Notes under the pieces: model-generated
What the model saw: the letters and a program-made list of their open reading frames with translations, nothing else
Told to the model about the DNA's origin: nothing
Databases searched by the model: none
Shown: positions 27,577-32,000 of the stretch, in pieces
Layout of the letters: each line of letters starts with the position of its first letter
Numbering within the stretch: position 1 is the stretch's first letter
Origin: Acidothermus cellulolyticus 11B
Lineage (GTDB): Bacteria > Actinomycetota > Actinomycetes > Acidothermales > Acidothermaceae
NCBI RefSeq assembly: GCF_000015025.1
Contig: NC_008578.1
Span: 210,001-242,000, forward strand
Length of the DNA: 32,000 nt
Reading direction: 5' to 3'
Translations under genes and position numbers: made by a program

Positions 27577-28674
27577 GTGACGACTGCGCGTGACGCTGAG
27601 CCCCTGCCCGCCGGTGTGCTGCTCGTCGAGGACTCGGGGGTCGAGCGGCGTTTCCTGCGGACGGCGTTGAGCGCCGAGCCCGGGGTTGCCGTCGTGGGTG
27701 AGGCTCGCAATGCCCGGGACGCGCTCGCGCTGGTCGACCGGCTCAGACCGGCGGCCATTCTGCTCGATCTCGATCTTCCTGGTGAGACGGCAATCGAACT
27801 GATCGAACGGGTGATGGCGACGTCGCCGACGCCGATCCTCGTGTACACCGCCAACCGGGACGACGACCGGGCGGCGCGCGCTCTCGCGGCCGGCGCGGTC
27901 GAGGTGGTGGTCCGGCCCCGCGCGGGTGAGGCTGACCGGGCCGAATACGCGGAGGCGATGCGCCGCGAGGTGCGGGTCGCTGTCCGGGTCCGGGTCATCA
28001 CCCATCCGCTCGGGAAGCTCAAGGCCCGCGGCCTCGGCCAGGCCAACGGCACGCCGGCGCAGCCGCCGCACCGGACCGTGCCGGCGCAGACGATCGACCT
28101 GGTCGCAATCGGCACGTCCACCGGGGGTCCGCAGGCGCTTGCGCAGGTGCTCGCGCAGCTGCCGGCCGATTTTCCCGCCGCGGTGGTCGTGGCGCAGCAC
28201 ATGGCGGATGGGTTCGTGGACGGTCTGGCGGGCTGGTTGGCGAGCGTCTGCCCGCTGCCGGTACTCATTGGGACACCGAACAGCCGATTGGCTCCCGGGA
28301 CGGTCACTCTTGCCCCGGGCGGCCACAACCTCGTCGTCCGGGAACGGCTCCGGGTGGACATCGAGCCGCCGCCGCCGACGCAATTTCACGTTCCCGGCGT
28401 TGACCCGCTGTTCCTCAGCGTCGCTGAGCACGTCGGACCACGCGCCGTCGGCGTTCTGCTCACCGGAATGGGCCGGGATGGGGCGCTCGGCCTCAAGGCC
28501 ATGCACGACGCAGGCGCGGTCACCATTGGCCAGGATGAGGAATCCAGCGCAGTCTGGGGAATGCCCGGCGCCGCGGTGGCGCTGGGCGCGGTGCAGCGGC
28601 AGCTGCCGCTGTGGGAGATCCCGAGTGTCCTGGTGGCGTTGGTGCGGGGCGACGACACTGGAGGCGCCCCGTGA
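27577..28674 (+). CDS. cheB: Chemotaxis-type response regulator protein-glutamate methylesterase
   Basis: 365-aa ORF. The receiver domain shows LLVEDSG, ILLDLDLPG and ILVYTA. The methylesterase domain has catalytic Ser (IGTSTGGPQAL), His (VVAQHMADGF) and Asp (LLTGMGRDGA). GAGGAG lies 5 nt upstream of the GTG. Confidence 0.9.
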   Translation: MTTARDAEPLPAGVLLVEDSGVERRFLRTALSAEPGVAVVGEARNARDALALVDRLRPAAILLDLDLPGETAIELIERVMATSPTPILVYTANRDDDRAARALAAGAVEVVVRPRAGEADRAEYAEAMRREVRVAVRVRVITHPLGKLKARGLGQANGTPAQPPHRTVPAQTIDLVAIGTSTGGPQALAQVLAQLPADFPAAVVVAQHMADGFVDGLAGWLASVCPLPVLIGTPNSRLAPGTVTLAPGGHNLVVRERLRVDIEPPPPTQFHVPGVDPLFLSVAEHVGPRAVGVLLTGMGRDGALGLKAMHDAGAVTIGQDEESSAVWGMPGAAVALGAVQRQLPLWEIPSVLVALVRGDDTGGAP

Positions 28675-30149
28675 AACCCACGCTGAGCGACGCAGAATTC
28701 GCCGCGTTGGCGGCGATTCTCGAAGACCTCACCGGCCTGGTGCATGACGAGGCCCGCCGCGACGCGCTTGCCTTCGCGGCAGCGGCCTGCCGGGAGGCCG
28801 CCGGTATTCCGACCTTCGGCGAATTCCTGCACCTGCTGGGTTCGGAGGACGGCGAAGCCGTGCGTCAGCGGCTCATCGACGCGGTCACGATCCAAGAGAC
28901 GCATTTCTTTCGCAATCCACCGCAAATTCGCGCGCTGCGCACCCACGTTCTGCCGGAATTGATCCGGACGGCGACCGCTGCTGACCGGCCGCTCGTCGTC
29001 TGGAGCGCGGGGTGCTCGACCGGGGAGGAACCCTACACGGTCGCCATGCTGGTCCGTGAGCTGCTGCCGAATGCGACGCCTGACCGTATTCGCATCCTCG
29101 GGACGGACATTTCGTCAGCGGCGTTGGATGCCGCCCGCCGGGCGCGTTATGGCCCGCGTGCGGTGCAAATGGCCGAACCGGTGGACGTCGCCCGCTGGTT
29201 CACTCGGGTCGGTGAGGAGTACGTCGTCCGTGACGAGGTCCGTGAGCTCGTGGAATTTCAACGGCATAATCTCGTCCGCGATCCGCCGCCGTTTGAACCG
29301 GGCAGTGTCGACCTGCTGCTCTGCCGCAATGTCACCATCTATTTCCGCCGGCAGACCACAAAGGCTTTGATGCGCCGGTTGCATGACGTACTCCGCGAGG
29401 GGGGCTATTTGTTCCTTGGCCACGCGGAGACCCTCTGGCAGATGACCGACGCCTTCACCCTCGTCACTCTCGGGGATGCTTTCGTTTATCGGCGGCTGCC
29501 GCCGGAGCACGACGGTGAACGACGGATTCTCCCGCAGCGCCGAACCGGTGCAGAGCCGGTGCTGACCGAGCGGCGTCGGCGGACGGACCGGCGGAGCGGA
29601 CCGGCGCATCGGGCGCGCCTGAGCGCCGTCGAACGCGCACCAGTCCGGTCCGGTGCCGGTCCGCGGCGGGACGGCGACAACGGCGCGGCCGATCTCCGGG
29701 TTCCACCGACAGCAGGCGATGCCCGGACCGCGGACTACCTTGCGGAGGCGCGCGGTGCATTGGCCGCCGGCCGGTACCAGGACGCCGTCCGGGCCGCGGG
29801 CGCCGTGCTGAAGGCGGAACCGCTGCTGGCCGAAGCGCATGTGATCCACGGTGAAGCGCTGGTGAATCTCGGCCGGGACGCTGAGGCAGTGCCGCAGCTC
29901 CGCCAAGCGGTGTACCTGGATCCTGATCACGCGCCGGCGCATCTGTTGCTCGCGGGCGCCCTGGAACGGCTCGGTGAGGCTGCGGCTGCCGGTCGGGCGT
30001 ATCGGGCGGCCGCAGCGACCGTCCGCCGATTGCCGCCGGCGCGGGTCGCGGAATTCTTTGCCGGCCGGCAGGCGGAGGAGCTTGCCGCCGCGTGCCTCCG
30101 GCTTGCCCAGCAGGCGGAGCGGGCCGCGGCCCGCCAGCGGCATCCATAG
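28671..30149 (+). CDS. cheR: Chemotaxis-type protein-glutamate O-methyltransferase with C-terminal TPR repeats
   Basis: 492 aa from a GTG overlapping the cheB stop (GTGA). Contains ETHFFRNPPQ, the SAM-binding region VWSAGCSTGEEPYTVAM, and LLLCRNVTIYF. An Arg-rich linker is followed by about 3 TPR-like repeats (AEAHVIHGEALVNLGRDAEAVPQLRQAVYLDPDHAPAHLLLAGALERLGE). Confidence 0.88.
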   Translation: MKPTLSDAEFAALAAILEDLTGLVHDEARRDALAFAAAACREAAGIPTFGEFLHLLGSEDGEAVRQRLIDAVTIQETHFFRNPPQIRALRTHVLPELIRTATAADRPLVVWSAGCSTGEEPYTVAMLVRELLPNATPDRIRILGTDISSAALDAARRARYGPRAVQMAEPVDVARWFTRVGEEYVVRDEVRELVEFQRHNLVRDPPPFEPGSVDLLLCRNVTIYFRRQTTKALMRRLHDVLREGGYLFLGHAETLWQMTDAFTLVTLGDAFVYRRLPPEHDGERRILPQRRTGAEPVLTERRRRTDRRSGPAHRARLSAVERAPVRSGAGPRRDGDNGAADLRVPPTAGDARTADYLAEARGALAAGRYQDAVRAAGAVLKAEPLLAEAHVIHGEALVNLGRDAEAVPQLRQAVYLDPDHAPAHLLLAGALERLGEAAAAGRAYRAAAATVRRLPPARVAEFFAGRQAEELAAACLRLAQQAERAAARQRHP

Positions 30150-30260
30150 CGGAAGCCGTTGGCGCAAAGCCGCCGGCGCAAAGCCGGGGGATCAAACCGT
30201 TGGGACAAAATCTTCCCCTCTGGTCACAAGGCCGGACGACGTCCCGCCGATGCACATGTC

Positions 30261-30656
30261 GTGAGCGGCTATGTGACGTTCCAGCTCGGTTCGCAGGAAC
30301 TGGCCTGTCCGTTGCACGACGTGCGGGAAGTCGTCCGCTTGAACCGCATGCACACCCTGCCCGGGCTGAATGCCGGGGTCAGCGGGCTGTTGGAATTGCG
30401 TGGCTCCCCCCTCCCCGTGGTTGATGTCCGAACGGACGCGCAGAGCCGTGGTGATGTGCTCGTCTTGCAGGCCGAAACGCTCGGCGTCGTCGTCGATCGA
30501 GTGACCGGCGTGATCACCGATGATGTTCTGGTGCCGGCATCGGTGCGGCCCGAACGCCTGCCCGGCTACGTCCGGGACGTTCTGGTTGACGTGACCAGGG
30601 GCGAGCCGGTGCTCCTTGTCGACCTGCATGCTCTGGCGGCGGTGAGTGCCGGCTGA
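30261..30656 (+). CDS. cheW: CheW-like coupling protein
   Basis: The CheW-domain sequence begins at YVTFQLGSQELACPLHDVREVV...LPGLNAGVSGLLELRGSPLPVVDV...LVDLHAL. I chose GTG 30261 (131 aa). GTG 30273 is an alternative. The TTG 30159 extension is Arg-rich and looks non-coding. Confidence 0.78.
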   Translation: MSGYVTFQLGSQELACPLHDVREVVRLNRMHTLPGLNAGVSGLLELRGSPLPVVDVRTDAQSRGDVLVLQAETLGVVVDRVTGVITDDVLVPASVRPERLPGYVRDVLVDVTRGEPVLLVDLHALAAVSAG

Positions 30657-30735
30657 TCCACAGGATCGGTCCGCCACAGTCCCGGCATAGACTGCTCCGG
30701 TCTGGAGGGGCGGACCGGTATCGTGCGGGCGAGAG

Positions 30736-32000
30736 ATGTCTCTCCACGACCTGGCGGCTGACAACTCCTGGGCGGCCCGGCTGGTCCTGCAGCGCGGGAT
30801 CGCCGCCGTTTACGTCATCGCGTTTCTGTCCGGCCTCGCGCAATTTCCCGCCCTGCTTGGTGAGCGGGGCCTTCTGCCGGTGCCGCGGTTCGTCCGGATC
30901 GCCGGCCGGCGACGGTCGCCGAGCATCTTCTGCTGGCACTACTCGGACCGGTTCTTCCGGCTGCTGGCCGCCGCCGGGGCGCTCATCGGTGTCACGGTAG
31001 TCGCCGGCTTGCCGCAATTGGGTCCGCCGTGGCTGCCCGCCGTCGGCTTCCTCGTCATGTGGGCGATCTATCTGTCGATCGTCAACGTCGGCCAGATTTT
31101 CTATGCGTTCGGCTGGGAGTCCCTGCTGCTCGAAGCCGGCTTCTTCGCGGCCTTTCTCGGCTCCGATTCGACCGCTCCGCCGTGGCCGGTCATCTACTGC
31201 TTCCGCTGGCTGGTCTTCCGGCTCGAATTCGGCGCCGGAATGATTAAGATGCGCGGCGATCCGTGTTGGCGGGATTTCACGTGTCTGTATTATCACCACG
31301 AGACGCAGCCGATGCCCGGACCGTTCTCGTGGTATTTCCATCGCCTGCCGAAAATCCTGCACCGCGTGGAGGTTGCCGCAAACCATTTCGCCCAACTGAT
31401 CGTGCCGTTCGGCTTGTTCGCGCCGCAGCCGGCGGCGTCGATCGCGGCCGCGGTGGTCATCGTGACGCAATTGTGGCTGGTGGCCTCCGGCAACTTCGCC
31501 TGGTTGAACTGGCTCACCATCGTCCTGGCGTTCTCCGCGGTGGACGACGGTTTTCTCCACCTGCGCCATGCTCCGGCGTCGTCGCTCGGACCGGTGTGGT
31601 GGGTCGGTGTGGTCTGCGCCTTCACCGCGCTGGTCGTCGTCCTCAGCTATTGGCCGACCCGGAACCTGGTCTCCCGCCATCAATTGATGAACGCTCCATT
31701 CAACCGATTTCACCTGGTCAATGCGTACGGCGCGTTCGGGAGCATCACCCGCTACCGGGATGAAATCGTCGTTGAGGGCACGGACGCCGATCGCATCGAC
31801 GCGTCCACCTCGTGGTTGGAGTATGAATTCAAAGGCAAGCCCGGTACGCCGATCCGCCGGCCCCGGCAGTACGCGCCGTACCACCTTCGCCTGGACTGGC
31901 TGATGTGGTTCGCGGCCATGTCGTCCCCGGAGCGGCACCCGTGGTTCGTCGCCTTTCTCGTCCGCCTCCTGGAGGGTGATCCCGCGACTCTCCGGTTGCT
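30736..32000 (+). CDS. Lipase maturation factor (LMF1-like) family integral membrane protein, 3' end beyond the window
   Basis: This ORF is absent from the supplied track because it has no stop inside the window. My own translation from ATG 30736 gives MSLHDLAADNSWAARLVLQRGIAAVYVIAFL...FYAFGWESLLLEAGFFAAFLG...FRLEFGAGMIKMRGDPCWRDFTCLYYHHETQPMPGPFSWYFH...FHLVNAYGAFGSITR...YEFKGKPG...APYHLRLDWLMWFAAM. This matches LMF family hallmarks as I recall them. An in-frame TAG at 30688 fixes the start. Confidence 0.8.
   Translation, partial: MSLHDLAADNSWAARLVLQRGIAAVYVIAFLSGLAQFPALLGERGLLPVPRFVRIAGRRRSPSIFCWHYSDRFFRLLAAAGALIGVTVVAGLPQLGPPWLPAVGFLVMWAIYLSIVNVGQIFYAFGWESLLLEAGFFAAFLGSDSTAPPWPVIYCFRWLVFRLEFGAGMIKMRGDPCWRDFTCLYYHHETQPMPGPFSWYFHRLPKILHRVEVAANHFAQLIVPFGLFAPQPAASIAAAVVIVTQLWLVASGNFAWLNWLTIVLAFSAVDDGFLHLRHAPASSLGPVWWVGVVCAFTALVVVLSYWPTRNLVSRHQLMNAPFNRFHLVNAYGAFGSITRYRDEIVVEGTDADRIDASTSWLEYEFKGKPGTPIRRPRQYAPYHLRLDWLMWFAAMSSPERHPWFVAFLVRLLEGDPATLRL

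Noticed and set aside
30514-31938. 474-aa minus-strand ORF, the only large ORF the track lists for this interval.
   Set aside because: Its Arg/Pro/Asp-rich translation has no motifs. The + strand frame from 30736 encodes a coherent LMF-family membrane protein and is missing from the track only because it has no stop inside the window.

Overview
Visibly very G+C-rich actinobacterial chromosomal DNA (third codon positions of the called genes are almost all G/C; no exact value computed). Nearly everything is on the + strand and tightly packed. The order matches, from memory, the conserved Mycobacterium tuberculosis block Rv3628 (ppa) to Rv3589 (mutY): NlpC/P60 hydrolase, ppa (-), dacB, DUF2342 zinc metalloprotease, tilS, hpt, ftsH, folE, [MprF-C/DUF2156 membrane protein], folP, folB-folK (read here as one in-frame ORF), DUF3180, DUF2520 Rossmann protein, panC, panD, [nadB, nadC], coaX, lysS, short ArgA-like GNAT, lsr2, clpC1, mutY (-). 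After that core block come non-syntenic genes: cheB, a TPR-tailed cheR, cheW, and a lipase-maturation-factor (LMF) family membrane protein that runs off the window end. I saw no tRNA, rRNA, CRISPR array, transposase, integrase or recognisable defence genes. Most of the window is ordinary housekeeping DNA. The points worth a second look are: (1) the che methylation module with no kinase, receptor or CheY in view, followed by the LMF gene; (2) an MprF-C-like gene inserted into the folate operon, whose upstream region shares a CTGTGACCnGTCAC palindrome with the lysS start codon; (3) the in-frame folB-folK junction; (4) nadB-nadC embedded between panD and coaX, with a duplicated Pro-rich 5' segment; (5) short tandem-repeat arrays in three intergenic or 5' regions, the largest in the lsr2-clpC1 spacer next to a ClgR-type operator. 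The many long antisense ORFs in the track look like high-GC artefacts.
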